Positions 50,947-61,937 of a DNA stretch of 64,000 nt are shown in pieces (position 1 is the first letter of the stretch; each line of letters opens with the position of its first letter). This stretch comes from Escherichia coli. GTDB taxonomy: Bacteria > Pseudomonadota > Gammaproteobacteria > Enterobacterales > Enterobacteriaceae. The stretch is taken from assembly GCF_041886205.1 (NCBI RefSeq), contig NZ_CP169029.1; one strand, given 5' to 3'. A model generated the notes under the pieces. That model was not told where the DNA came from and made no database searches. It was given only the letters and a program-made list of their open reading frames with translations. The translations under genes were made by a program, and so were the position numbers.

Positions 50947-51794
50947 TAGGGTTCCTGACGTAAATAAATAGCCCGATAACAAATACTCACCAGCACTGCA
51001 CCGCCGATAATATTACCCAGCATCACCGGGAGCAGATTGGCGGTAATAAAATGGCTGACCGTCAGTGCCGGAAAATTGTCTGCGCTACTGTGCGCCAGTT
51101 GCCAGAAGGGGGTTGGGGCAAAATGGCGAATGGCAATGGCGAACGGAATCACAAACAAATTGGCGATACAGTGCTCAAAGCCACTGGCGACAAACAGGGT
51201 GATGGGCAAAATCATGGCGACGATTTTGTCGCATAATGAACGCCCGCAATAACTCATCCACAGCGCCAGGCAAACCATCAGATTGCACATAATGCCGAGG
51301 CTGACAGATTCAGTAAATGTATGATGCATTTTGCCCTCGGCGCAGTGTAAAACCGCGACTCCCCACATCGCGTTTTCACTCATCACCAGCCCGGAAAACC
51401 AGATTAACAAACTGAAACAGGCAATACCTGCCAGATTACCGCAGGCCACCAGAAGTGCGTTAATCAGCCATGTTCGCCAACTAATAACGCCCCGACTTTT
51501 TGCCATCACCGTCATTACCGACGAGGTGAACAGGCTGGTGCCGCAAACCGCCAGCAAAATAAAGCCGAGTGTAAAGCAAAGGCCGCCCACCAGATGGGTT
51601 AATGCTTGTGAAGACGGGGCATCGGCGATAACGGAAAGGTAAAAAGTAAATCCGATCGCCATAAACACGCCAGCGGACATCGCCATTAAAAAGACCGACA
51701 CTTTACTGCGGGCAATTTTATGGGCGGCAATCCGTTCAGCGATTGCCGCTTTTCTGGCGCTCAACTGCAAGTCGAAAGAGAGTTTGTTTCTCAT
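50946..51794 (-). CDS. focB: formate channel FocB (FNT family)
   Basis: 282 aa polytopic membrane protein immediately downstream of hyfR. Confidence 0.85.
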   Translation of the reverse strand: MRNKLSFDLQLSARKAAIAERIAAHKIARSKVSVFLMAMSAGVFMAIGFTFYLSVIADAPSSQALTHLVGGLCFTLGFILLAVCGTSLFTSSVMTVMAKSRGVISWRTWLINALLVACGNLAGIACFSLLIWFSGLVMSENAMWGVAVLHCAEGKMHHTFTESVSLGIMCNLMVCLALWMSYCGRSLCDKIVAMILPITLFVASGFEHCIANLFVIPFAIAIRHFAPTPFWQLAHSSADNFPALTVSHFITANLLPVMLGNIIGGAVLVSICYRAIYLRQEP

Positions 51795-51815
51795 GCATAC
51801 TCCTGCAAAAGCAGA

Positions 51816-53831
51816 TTACAACACCTCGCGAACCGAGATCCCCAGACGCTGCATTCGTGACAGCAGCGTGGTGCGCTTCATCCCTAATCGTGTCGCCGCG
51901 CCACGGGGCCCGGCAACAATGCCATTGGTTTCTCGCAATACCTGAACAATGCGCTGACGTTCTTCTTCGTCATTCTCTGGCGTCGTCGGGTGCAGCAACT
52001 GCGCCATTGAACTGCGAAGCGCTGAATCTTCATTTAGCGTCGGCAGTAAACGGCTTTGTCGGACATTTAGATGTAAATTCAGACTGTTACCACGAGTCAA
52101 CAGTACCGCCCGCTCAATCACGTTTTCCAGCTCGCGCACGTTGCCCGGCCAATCCCACGACATCAACTGGCGTAGTGCCTCGGTCGGGATGGCGTCAATT
52201 GCGCGATTCATATGGCGCGCCATTTTTTGCGTGAAATGCTTTGCTAAAAGAGGGATATCTTCCGGACGGTCGCGTAGCGGCGGCAATTCCAGTGGGAAGA
52301 CATTCAGGCGATAAAAGAGATCGCTGCGAAACTGGCGATCTTCAACCATTTGCCACAAATCACGGTTGGTGGCGGCAATGACTCTGACATTCACCGGGAT
52401 CGTTCTACTCCCGCCGAGACGCTCAATCTCCCGTTCCTGCAATACGCGCAGCAGTTCAGGCTGAAGTTCTAACGGCAGATCGCCAATTTCATCGAGAAAC
52501 AACGTGCCGCCATCGGCAATTTCAAAACGACCACGATGGGTATTAATCGCACCAGTAAACGCCCCTTTGTCATGACCGAATAACTCACTTTCCAGAAGAC
52601 TGGCGGGGATGGCAGCGCAGTTGATTTTGACCAGCGGCTTGTCGTGTCGCGGGCTAAGTTGATGGATCGCTCTGGCGATCACCTCTTTGCCGGTTCCGGT
52701 TTCACCACAAATCAACACTGTACTGTCGCTCTTCGCCACAATATCTACCTGCTGGAGCAGGTCTTCCATTGCCTGGCTTTGATAGATAATGTCACCGACG
52801 CCCAGATTCGAAAGGAGCTGCTCGCTAAGCTGGTGGTTTTCTTGCTGCAAACTTTCCTGCAAATCGGTCATGCTACGCCAGGCATCGGCATTGCCAACGG
52901 CAATAGCGATGCGATCGGCTATGTGTTGTAGTAGCTGGCAGTTTTCCTCACTAAAGAGAGTGGAAGAGGTATGCGCCAGCAACAATGCACCCGGTGTATG
53001 GTTGCCAAAGGTAAGCGGTATCAGGAGCGCAGATTCGCAGCCGTTAGATGCAAGTAAGTGTAATAACGGGTCGCGTTGCCAGAGAAACAGATCGTCTGCA
53101 CGGTGCGTCAAGGTCGGTTGTCGGGTTTGTAGCGTTTGTGTCAGCAATACACTTTCGCCAGGCATACAGCGTGGCAGACACGCACAATGTGAGGCAGAAA
53201 GATCGCTGCACCACAGGCTGAACTTATCGTTCTTTCGATGATCTCCCAGTACCATACTGACTGAAGCCAGACCGAAAAAATGATGGATCTCACGGGCGAC
53301 GTCAGCGATCAGATCGTCGAGATCAAGATGTGACAGCACTGCATTAGTAATATCAACCAGTACCCGATGATGATCGCGATCTTTCTCCAGCAAACGCAGC
53401 GCCACCTGCTGTTCTTCATCATTGAGCCATGATTGCAGAACCGGGGTGATTATCCGCGCCAGCCAGTTAAACAGTGTGCAATCTTGGGGAGTAAAACGGC
53501 TGCCGTGGGTACGAATAAAGCGTAGCTCCGCCATTCCACTACTGCCGAGAAGGACGGCGTGACGCGAATAATCGACCATCTCGCCCTGATACTCTGTTGT
53601 TGCCGTCACATCGCTGCCATCATCATGGTAGCGGTAATAGAAGTTGCTTTTGAGAACATGCAGTTCAATAAGTTGTACCGGGCTGAACGGCGGCGGCAGC
53701 GGGATGAAGGCGCGTAATAAAGACGCCTTACTGTGTTTCTGCGCTAACCGCTCCGCGAGCATTCCGTTTACCGCTTCAATTGTTATTCCTTGCGGCGGGG
53801 CAAACATCGCCTCGTCTGACATAGCCATCAA
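51816..53831 (-). CDS. hyfR: sigma-54-dependent transcriptional activator of the hyf operon
   Basis: 671 aa (670 if the second Met is used); GAF-like N-domain, AAA+ sigma-54 interaction domain ([14 protein letters not shown]), C-terminal HTH. Confidence 0.9.
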   Translation of the reverse strand: MMAMSDEAMFAPPQGITIEAVNGMLAERLAQKHSKASLLRAFIPLPPPFSPVQLIELHVLKSNFYYRYHDDGSDVTATTEYQGEMVDYSRHAVLLGSSGMAELRFIRTHGSRFTPQDCTLFNWLARIITPVLQSWLNDEEQQVALRLLEKDRDHHRVLVDITNAVLSHLDLDDLIADVAREIHHFFGLASVSMVLGDHRKNDKFSLWCSDLSASHCACLPRCMPGESVLLTQTLQTRQPTLTHRADDLFLWQRDPLLHLLASNGCESALLIPLTFGNHTPGALLLAHTSSTLFSEENCQLLQHIADRIAIAVGNADAWRSMTDLQESLQQENHQLSEQLLSNLGVGDIIYQSQAMEDLLQQVDIVAKSDSTVLICGETGTGKEVIARAIHQLSPRHDKPLVKINCAAIPASLLESELFGHDKGAFTGAINTHRGRFEIADGGTLFLDEIGDLPLELQPELLRVLQEREIERLGGSRTIPVNVRVIAATNRDLWQMVEDRQFRSDLFYRLNVFPLELPPLRDRPEDIPLLAKHFTQKMARHMNRAIDAIPTEALRQLMSWDWPGNVRELENVIERAVLLTRGNSLNLHLNVRQSRLLPTLNEDSALRSSMAQLLHPTTPENDEEERQRIVQVLRETNGIVAGPRGAATRLGMKRTTLLSRMQRLGISVREVL

Positions 53832-53857
53832 CAGTCCTTATTAATGAGAAATCCTTC

Positions 53858-54271
53858 TCACGTAATTTTTCTGGCCATCAGATAGATGGCCGGTTCCTGC
53901 ACAATTTCATCCAACAGATGAATGAATTGAATGCTACGCGCCTGCCACACAGACGTCGCGTCATCCGCCAGTGGCGCGAATGCCCGGGTCAACAGGGCGG
54001 TGTGGCTGGCGTCAATAACAATCTCACCAAAAGTCATCACCCCCAGCATCTTACGTCGGGCTTGCTCCTCTTCGACCAGTGCAAGCCAATCTTCGTATTC
54101 CGTCAGTGGGCAGGGGAAGGCGACATTCAGACAATCAATCACGCCAACGTGATGACCGATAGCCAGCGAGTAATACATTACCTGAGAGCTGTGTTCCGGC
54201 ATCTCGTCGCTACTGGCGACAAACTTTTTTCGCAGCGTCCAGAAAACAATTTCCCCGCACTCTTCAGTCAT
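53858..54271 (-). CDS. hyfJ: hydrogenase-4 maturation/assembly protein (HycH-like)
   Basis: 137 aa from [17 protein letters not shown]; the ORF track extends 21 codons upstream. Confidence 0.8.
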
Positions 54272-55021
54272 GTAACCCCCGGAGTACGCGAAAGAGTTGC
54301 TGAACGATACTATTGAGACGTGGATCGTCGGCATCGCGCAACCAGGTGTTAACCCGATTTCCTGTAGGATCGTCGCTTAAATGGCGCAGGAGCCGATCGC
54401 AAATTTCTCGCCCCTGACGATAGCCCGCCAGCCGCCGCGCTTCTCGCTCAATGGCGATACGCTGTGATGGCGGGATCTGCGGCCACAACGGTTGCATAGT
54501 CACCCCGGTGGGATCGCGATAATCCACCGCGTGAATCTTCTGTTGCAGCAAACCGAGCGCCACGGCGAAACCGTGAATGGTGGCGGCCGGTGTTGGCGGG
54601 CAGCCGGGGATCCAAACATCAATGGGGACAATGGTGTCGCTGCCGCCCCAGACGCTGTAGAGATCGTGGAAAATCCGCCGCCGGCACCGCACGCGCCGTA
54701 GGAAACACAGATTTTATGATCGGGGGCAGACTCATACGCCCGAAGTGCAGGCATACGCATCGCCCGGGTGAGTGCGCCAGTAAATAACAAAATATCGGCG
54801 TGACGCGGTGATGAAACAACCTTAATGCCAAAACGTTCTGCGTCGAATACTGGTGTAATGGCGGCAAAAATTTCGATTTCACAGGCGTTGCAGCCACCGC
54901 AATCGACGCGATAAACGTAGGCTGAGCGACGGATATCCTGTAGCAAATGCCGCTTCATCTTTTGCGTTTGCTCGTCCAGCGTGATGGGCTGGCTGACATA
55001 TTGCGTAAGCACTGGACTCAT
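54264..55021 (-). pseudogene. hyfI: hydrogenase-4 small subunit (NuoB-like), disrupted by a -1 frameshift near 54675
   Basis: Two ORFs (54500..55021 and 54264..54692) in different frames. The first reads intact through ...[14 protein letters not shown] and the second resumes at [27 protein letters not shown]; 116 + 136 = 252 aa, matching the NuoB motif spacing (CANGGG-YYHY-SYSVV); locus length 758 bp instead of 759. Confidence 0.75.
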
Positions 55022-55563
55022 AGCTGCTCCTTAGCCACCAGCGGTACATCTGTATCGTCGTTGAGCAGCGTCGCGCGTTGTTTGCACTCCGGGCAGACGC
55101 TCGCTTGCGCCCATAACATTTCGCGGTTTTGTGGCGCATTTTGTTGCTGTGCCAACAATTCAGCAGCCAGTGCGACGGTTTTTTGCGGGGCAAACGGGCG
55201 TTCGCAACGGCTGCAACGTTGTAGATGGAACGTCGCGCGGGTATAGAGATCGGCTTTATTGGTGACGGTCAGTTCAAAGTTATTGGTAAGCTGGATGGCT
55301 CTGGTCGGGCACACTTCTTCACAACGTCCGCAGTAAATACAACGCCCCAGATAGAGCTGCCAGGTGCGCGAATTTTGCTGGTCGTCGGTCTGGATAGTCA
55401 GCGCATTTGCCGGACAAGCACAGGCGCAGGCACCGCAGGCAATACATTGGCTGGGCATCAGGTCCGGTTTCCCGCGAAAGCCTGGGCTGACCTCCAGTGG
55501 CGCGAAGGGATATTTCACCGTCGCGGTTCCGGCGCGCATAATAGTTTTCAGTAACTTCAGCAT
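55018..55563 (-). CDS. hyfH: hydrogenase-4 ferredoxin-like subunit (2x 4Fe-4S)
   Basis: 181 aa; [12 protein letters not shown] and [12 protein letters not shown] motifs. Confidence 0.9.
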   Translation of the reverse strand: MLKLLKTIMRAGTATVKYPFAPLEVSPGFRGKPDLMPSQCIACGACACACPANALTIQTDDQQNSRTWQLYLGRCIYCGRCEEVCPTRAIQLTNNFELTVTNKADLYTRATFHLQRCSRCERPFAPQKTVALAAELLAQQQNAPQNREMLWAQASVCPECKQRATLLNDDTDVPLVAKEQL

Positions 55564-55572
55564 CTTCTGTCC

Positions 55573-57288
55573 TTACTTCAGCGGCGAACGGTTACGATCA
55601 ATGCCGTAGCGTTCGATCTCTTTATACGGCACGGTTTTTGACTGGCGCTTGCGCACATCTACCAGCGTCACACGGTCGGTACAGGAGTAGCAGGGATCAA
55701 GGCTACCGATAATCAGCGGTGCGTCAGAAACGGTATTGCCGCGCAGCATGTAACGCAACACCGGCCAGTTGGCGTAGGTGGCGGCACGACAGCGCCAGCG
55801 GAACAATTTTTGGTTATCACCGAGCATGCTCCAGTGCACGTCTTCGCCGCGTGGCGCTTCAACAAAGCCCAGCGCGAATGCGTGAGGTTTATAGCTAAAG
55901 CCTTCGGTCAGCAGTGGGGTATCCGGCATGTTGTCGAGGGCAAATTCCAGCATTGCCAGCGAATCAAACGTCTCTTTGACACGGACCATCATGCGGGAGA
56001 AGACATCGCCGCCGGTAAAGGTAAACAGTGTTTTTGGAATATTGCCGTAGTCGGCGTAGGGGTGATCAAAGCGCAAATCACGGGCAAAACCACTGCCGCG
56101 GATCAGCGGCCCTACAGGGCTATAATCACGGGCGATTTGTCGGTCGAGAATGCCAATGCCCTGAGTGCGTTGTTCCATATTCGGCGTAGCAAGCAGCATC
56201 TCTACCAGCTCCGACACGTCGGCGCGCATCTCGCGCACCAGTTTCAGCGTTTGCAGACGTTGCTCTTTGAGAATATCGCGGCGAACACCACCAATCAGAT
56301 TCAGACCGTAGGTTTTACGCGACCCGATCAGCAATTCCGCCATCGTCATCGACTTTTCCCGCACGCGGAAAAATTGCATAAAGCCGGTATCAAAACCAAC
56401 GAAATGGCAGGAGAGGCCAAGGTTAAGCAAATGACTGTGTAGCCGTTCGACTTCCAGCAGAATCGAGCGAATAGTATGTGCTCGTTGCGGCACCTCAATC
56501 CCCAGTGCATTTTCAACCGAGTTGGTATAGGCCACACTGTGGGCAAAACCGCAAATCCCACACACGCGGTCCGATAAGAAGGTCACTTCGTTGTAGCCCA
56601 TCCGCGTTTCTGCCAGTTTCTCCATGCCGCGATGGACATAAAACAGGCGGTAATCAGCATCGACAATTTGCTCGCCATTCACAAACAAGCGGAAGTGACC
56701 CGGTTCATCGGAGGTGATATGCAGCGGGCCGACAGGGATCACCCGCGCATCGCTGTTGCCCTCATTGATAAACGCATACGTTTCGGAATCTGTCGTCGGT
56801 TCAGGGCGCAGTCGATAATCCATCGCATCTTTGCGCAGCGGATGCATATCTTCCGGCCAGTCATCGGGCAACACCAGGCGACGCTGATCCGGCAGGCCAA
56901 CCGGAATCAGCCCGTACATATCGCGAATTTCTCGCTCGCCCCAGACCGCGGCAGGGACGCGCAGTGTGACTGACGGAAACTCCCGACTGTCGGCATCGAC
57001 CAGTGCCTTAACCACGATCCAGCATTTTTCGGCCCCTTCCATAGAAAGGGCATAATAAACGGCGTAATGACCGTTAAGTGTCCGCTCGTCGTTGCCAAAC
57101 AGGACCGGAAGCCAGCCATCATGTTGATAATAAAGATAATGTACAACGTCAGGCAGCAGATTGATTTTCACCGTAATGGTGACCTGTTCAGGCGTTTGTC
57201 GCTCTTCATCCAGCACCGCGCCGGGGAACTGCGTTTTCAGGGCGGCGAGAATCGCTTCGCCACGATTTGACGATGAATTAACGTTCAC
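55573..57288 (-). CDS. hyfG: hydrogenase-4 large (NiFe) subunit
   Basis: About 571 aa from the GTG at 57288 (RBS GAGAAA); NiFe-hydrogenase large-subunit motifs ([12 protein letters not shown]-terminal, [10 protein letters not shown]-terminal); exact start uncertain. Confidence 0.85.
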   Translation of the reverse strand: MNVNSSSNRGEAILAALKTQFPGAVLDEERQTPEQVTITVKINLLPDVVHYLYYQHDGWLPVLFGNDERTLNGHYAVYYALSMEGAEKCWIVVKALVDADSREFPSVTLRVPAAVWGEREIRDMYGLIPVGLPDQRRLVLPDDWPEDMHPLRKDAMDYRLRPEPTTDSETYAFINEGNSDARVIPVGPLHITSDEPGHFRLFVNGEQIVDADYRLFYVHRGMEKLAETRMGYNEVTFLSDRVCGICGFAHSVAYTNSVENALGIEVPQRAHTIRSILLEVERLHSHLLNLGLSCHFVGFDTGFMQFFRVREKSMTMAELLIGSRKTYGLNLIGGVRRDILKEQRLQTLKLVREMRADVSELVEMLLATPNMEQRTQGIGILDRQIARDYSPVGPLIRGSGFARDLRFDHPYADYGNIPKTLFTFTGGDVFSRMMVRVKETFDSLAMLEFALDNMPDTPLLTEGFSYKPHAFALGFVEAPRGEDVHWSMLGDNQKLFRWRCRAATYANWPVLRYMLRGNTVSDAPLIIGSLDPCYSCTDRVTLVDVRKRQSKTVPYKEIERYGIDRNRSPLK

Positions 57289-58858
57289 TGTGTTTCTCCG
57301 AAACAGATGCGGTGCCTGAAGGCAAAAAATCATGCCAGGTGCTACGTTGTGCAGGCAGGTCGTGCGTCCCTGAGAGGACTATAGTGGAAGCGCCCGCCAG
57401 GATCCTGATGACAGGTTGTGGAATATGCGTTCCCATCGCCAGCATCATGACCAGCAGAATCACCATTGGCGAGGTGGTCAACCAGCCGAGATCACCCCGG
57501 TTAACGGCCTGCGGCGGTTTCGCCATTAACACCCGCGCAGCCATCCGTACCAGGCCCGCCAGCACCAGCGTTAACAGCAATAACAGCATGACGATAATCA
57601 GCAGGTGATTACGTGCCAGTCCGGCGGTAACGGTCATAAATTCGCTAAGAAAAATGTTGAAGGGCGGCATCCCGGCCAGCGCCAGCGCACCGCCGCCAAA
57701 CAGCACGGCGGTAAATGGCATGATTTTGAGCATCCCGCAGACGACGTTGAGATCGCGCGTGCCGTACTTGAGCAGTACATTGCCGGAACCGCAGAACAGC
57801 AGCGTTTTTGCCAGACTGTGGTTTAAGGTGTGCAGCAGCGCGGCAAAAATTCCCAGCGGCCCGCCAATGCCTAGCGCCACCGCGACCAGTCCCATGTTCT
57901 CCACGCTGGAGTACGCCAGCAGACGCTTAATGTCCCGCTGTACCAGAATGAAAAATGCCGCCACGGCAACCGACAACATGCCGAAGATGAGCAACAACCG
58001 GTTGGGGAAATCGCTGCCGATGGCCTGGCAGATAATGATGTAATAGCGAATCATCACCAACAGCGCGCAGTTCAGCAATACGGCGGAGAGCAGGGCGCTG
58101 ACCGGACTCGGCGCTTCACTGTGAGCATCCGGCAGCCAGGCGTGCATAGGAAATAGCCCGGTTTTGGTACCAAAGCCAATTAGCACAAACACAAAGGCCA
58201 ATAGCATTAATGTTGGGTCAAGCAAGGACTATTGCTTAAGAACCTCGCTCCAGAATATCGCCATTTCTGCCTGCGGCATAACGCTGGCGGCGTTGGCGTA
58301 TACCAGCACGGTACCGAACAGACCAAAAGCGACGCCAACAGTACAAATAATGATGTACTTCCATGCAGCTTCCAGCGATGAACGCTGACCGTAAATGCCT
58401 ACCAGAAACGCCGAGCTTAAGGTGGTGGCTTCGATCGCCGCCCACATCACAATCAGGTTATTGCTGGTAACAACCAGCAGCATGGTGAACAAAAACAGAT
58501 GGAAGAAACCGTAGTAATCGCACAGCGTAACGGGTGAAAGCTCGCCGTGTGCCACTTCATGACGCATGTAGCCAATCGAGTAAACACCGGTGAGAAAGCC
58601 AATCACACCAAGAATGGCGAGGAACAAACCGCCCAGACCATCAATATGAAGCCACAGTCCCGCAGCGAATATTTCTCCCGCACCAGCGGCAGTTTGAACC
58701 AACCAGAGTGCCAGAATCAGCAGCAGTGTGATCCCTAAGCTATGTAATACTGTCACCGCGCGAGTCGCAGAGTGCCCCCGTTTCCGGCAGGCAAAACAGA
58801 GCAGCGAAAAAAGCAGCGGCGTGAGCAGGAGTAAAGCGAACATCACAGAATAACTCAT
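57278..58858 (-). pseudogene. hyfF: hydrogenase-4 membrane subunit (NuoL/M/N-like), interrupted by an in-frame amber codon (TAG at 58229-58231)
   Basis: ORFs 58229..58858 (209 aa) and 57278..58225 (315 aa) are in the same frame, separated by TAG plus one codon; 209 + 1 + 1 + 315 = 526 codons, i.e. one gene with a nonsense mutation. Confidence 0.75.
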
Positions 58859-58862
58859 CTCA

Positions 58863-59513
58863 TTATCCCTTCAGCGCGGTCAAGTTGTTCACGTCCAGCG
58901 TGCCGTGGGTACGCCATATTTTTCTTGCCAGTAACACCATCACAATGACGGCGAAGATGGCGTCGGTAGCGATACCTATTTCCACCAGTTCCGGTGCTCG
59001 CCAGGCAAGAAGCGCCAGCACCAGATGGGAGCCGTTTTCCATCAGGCAGTAACCAAAAATTTGCCGCAGGATATTGCGCTGGCTGACAATGCACAGCAGG
59101 CCAAGCAGAAAATGACCTAACGCTACCGCCAGCGCCGGTTTCAGCCCGGTAGCCATCGGTAGCTTCATGGGCTGAACGACAAATGCGCAAAGCAGGACAA
59201 TTAACGCCGCGAGCAGTGCCATCATTGCCGGACCGAATAACGCTTTTTCCGGGATGTTCTGGGGAATATTTCGTGCAGCGTAAGTCATGATTAACGGTAC
59301 CAGCAGCACTTTGGTGATAAAGGCGCTGGCGGACCAGATCAGCAGTTGCTCTGCGGCGAACAGGCACGAGAGAGTGGCGAAAATAGACACCAGCACCAGC
59401 GACTGGCAGGCGTAAAATCCGCATGACAGGCGATAGCTTTTGACGCTAATCACAAACAGCGATGTCAGCATCATCAGTCCCGCCAGATTATTTACGATCA
59501 TAGAACCGGTCAT
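58863..59513 (-). CDS. hyfE: hydrogenase-4 membrane subunit
   Basis: 216-aa hydrophobic protein in the conserved position. Confidence 0.9.
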   Translation of the reverse strand: MTGSMIVNNLAGLMMLTSLFVISVKSYRLSCGFYACQSLVLVSIFATLSCLFAAEQLLIWSASAFITKVLLVPLIMTYAARNIPQNIPEKALFGPAMMALLAALIVLLCAFVVQPMKLPMATGLKPALAVALGHFLLGLLCIVSQRNILRQIFGYCLMENGSHLVLALLAWRAPELVEIGIATDAIFAVIVMVLLARKIWRTHGTLDVNNLTALKG

Positions 59514-59524
59514 TCATCATCTCC

Positions 59525-60963
59525 TTACTGCAACCAGGTCGCGGCGATTACGCTGGAAATCAGCGACATCACAATCAGTACAATCAACACCAGGCGCATT
59601 GACCCTGGCAGCGGTGCGGCATCGGCGACGGCCTCGCTCGGTTTGCCAGGCACAACGCGACCAAACCAGCGAATAAACCAGGCGAAACTGGCGACCGATT
59701 CAATCATCAGCAGAATCATGGCGGGCAGCAGGATCCAGTACTCCACTGACAACGCAAAACCGGCAGCAAACAGCGGGAATTTACTGAAGAAGCCGTTGAA
59801 CGGCGGCACACCGGTAATCGCCAGCGCTGCCACGCAGAAACCCACGCCTGGCAACGGCAGGGTGTGCAATACGCCACGCAGACGCGGCAACAAGCGCGTG
59901 CCGCAGCTGTAACTCAGCGCACCTGCTACAAGGAAAAACAGGCTTTTAGCGAACGCGTGGTTGACGATGTAGGCGATGCTACCCTCCAGCGCCAGCCGCG
60001 AGCCGAAGATGGAGAGCGACAAACCGAAGAACATCCAGCCAAGTTGAGTGATGGTCGACCAGGCCAGCAACCGCTTCATATCCTGCTGTGGCAAATACAT
60101 CAGAAAGCCATAAAGAATGGTGACCAGGGCCATGACCATGCCAACGCCGCCAATCACATGCGGGATATTGCCACCGTCGATAATGGCGCGGGCAAAAATG
60201 TAAACGCCCACTTTCACCATCGATGCGGCGTGGAGATAGGCGCTGATCGGTGTTGGCGCTTCCATTGCATCCGGTAGCCACGCTTGCATCGGTAGCTGGG
60301 CCGATTTCCCCCACGCGGCAAACAGGATGCCGCCATAAACCAGATAACGTGCGTCGCCGTGTAACTCGCTCATCGCGCTAAGCGCAAACGTTCCGGTCTG
60401 CAAAAACAGCGTGGCGGCGGCAAGATACAACCCCAACGAGCCGATATGAGTGATAAGTAACGCTTTTAGTGCTGAACGCTGTGCTTTATCGCTCTGGTAA
60501 TAACTGATCAACGCCCAGGAGCAGCCGCCCGTAATTTCAAAAAACAACAACTGACCGAGCAGCGTCGAGGAGAGTACCAGTCCCGCCATCGCGCCGATAA
60601 ACAACAGCAAAAATGCGTAATAACGATTCGTGCCGTTATGCGGGTGTTCGCGATTTTTATCCGTCAGATAACCCGTGGAGTAGATCGTGACCAGCAAACC
60701 GAGAAACACCACCACAAACAGAATCAGCGTACTCACGCGATCAATGAGCAGGCCAAACAACGCCACATCCCCCACGTTGACCAACGTCAACGTGACGGCA
60801 ACTTTATCGGCCTGATAAAACGCGGAGATCAGCGACAACATGCACAGCGTGGTCAGTGCGGCGAACAAAACCCCCATTCGGCGGCCCGACGTTGTGGCGA
60901 AAACGAAACGACCAGTGCGCCGATAAAAGGCAGCATTAACGTCGTCAGAGCAAGATTTTCCAT
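59525..60963 (-). pseudogene. hyfD: hydrogenase-4 membrane subunit (NuoL/M-like), -1 frameshift in a C5 run (plus strand 60871-60875)
   Basis: True start ATG at 60963 with RBS TAAGGAG reads MENLALTTLMLPFIGALVVSFSPQRRAAEWG and then hits TGA. The 450-aa ORF continues in the -1 frame from VLFAALTT; 31 + 448 = 479 aa; locus length 1439 bp is not a multiple of 3. Confidence 0.75.
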
Positions 60964-60979
60964 ATTCCGTCAGTGCTCC

Positions 60980-61927
60980 TTACAGACCGGTTAACCAGAA
61001 GACCCATGCAAGCGCAGCAAGGCTGAAGCCAAGCCAGGTCACATGGTGAATGAGTAAAAAACGCCCGCGTGCCAGCGTGTTTTCTGCGATTGAGGCCAGT
61101 ACAAAAATCAGCAAAACCTTGAGCAGCGTAACGACAAGTGAAGTCAGCAGGCAGGCGAGAGAAAGTTCTTGCGCGCGCCCAAAGGGCAGAAACAGGGCCA
61201 CAAACAGTGCTGCCATCACGACCTGTTTCAGCCCCAGCCCCCATTTCGCTAGCGCCAGCCCGGCACCGGAATATTCGGTCAGCGGGCCTTCCTGTAATTC
61301 CTGTTCTGCTTCAGCAACATCAAAGGGAATTTTTCCCATCTCAATGAAGCAGGCAAAACCACAGGCCAGTAACGCCAGTACGGTGGTTAGCGGCGAGTTC
61401 CAGCCCGTTGCCAGCGTATTGCTGATCATCTCGATATGCGTGGAACCTGCTATCAGCGCCAATACCAGCAGTGAGAGAATGAGCATGGGTTCGACCAGAA
61501 TGCCGAGCGTCAACTCGCGACTGGCACCGACTCCCGCAAACGGGCTTCCGGTATCCAGCCCGGAAAGAGCAAAGAAAAAACGAAACAGGGCAAGAAGATA
61601 GATAAGGGTGATCAGATCGCCGCCGCCCGCAAAAGGGGAAACGGTAATAAAAAGTGGTAGGGCCATCGCCAGCACCAGCATGCTGCTGATTAATACCCAC
61701 GGCATCAGGCGGAACATCAGACCTGAAGATATAGGCGCAACTTCCTGGCGTTTAAACAGTTTGTGGATATCGCGATAATCCTGCCAGATCCCCGGCCCGC
61801 GGCGGGAGTGCATACGCGCGCGTATCTGCCGGGAAATACCCGTAAAAAGCGGGGTTAGCAGCAGCAGAATCACGGCCTGTGCTAACGCAAAAATGACCAG
61901 ATATCCGTCGCAAAGAGTTTGTCTCAT
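60980..61927 (-). CDS. hyfC: hydrogenase-4 membrane subunit (NuoH-like)
   Basis: 315 aa from MRQTLCDGYLVIFALAQAV; the ORF-track start is 7 codons upstream. Confidence 0.9.
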   Translation of the reverse strand: MRQTLCDGYLVIFALAQAVILLLLTPLFTGISRQIRARMHSRRGPGIWQDYRDIHKLFKRQEVAPISSGLMFRLMPWVLISSMLVLAMALPLFITVSPFAGGGDLITLIYLLALFRFFFALSGLDTGSPFAGVGASRELTLGILVEPMLILSLLVLALIAGSTHIEMISNTLATGWNSPLTTVLALLACGFACFIEMGKIPFDVAEAEQELQEGPLTEYSGAGLALAKWGLGLKQVVMAALFVALFLPFGRAQELSLACLLTSLVVTLLKVLLIFVLASIAENTLARGRFLLIHHVTWLGFSLAALAWVFWLTGL

Positions 61928-61937
61928 GGTGATTTCC

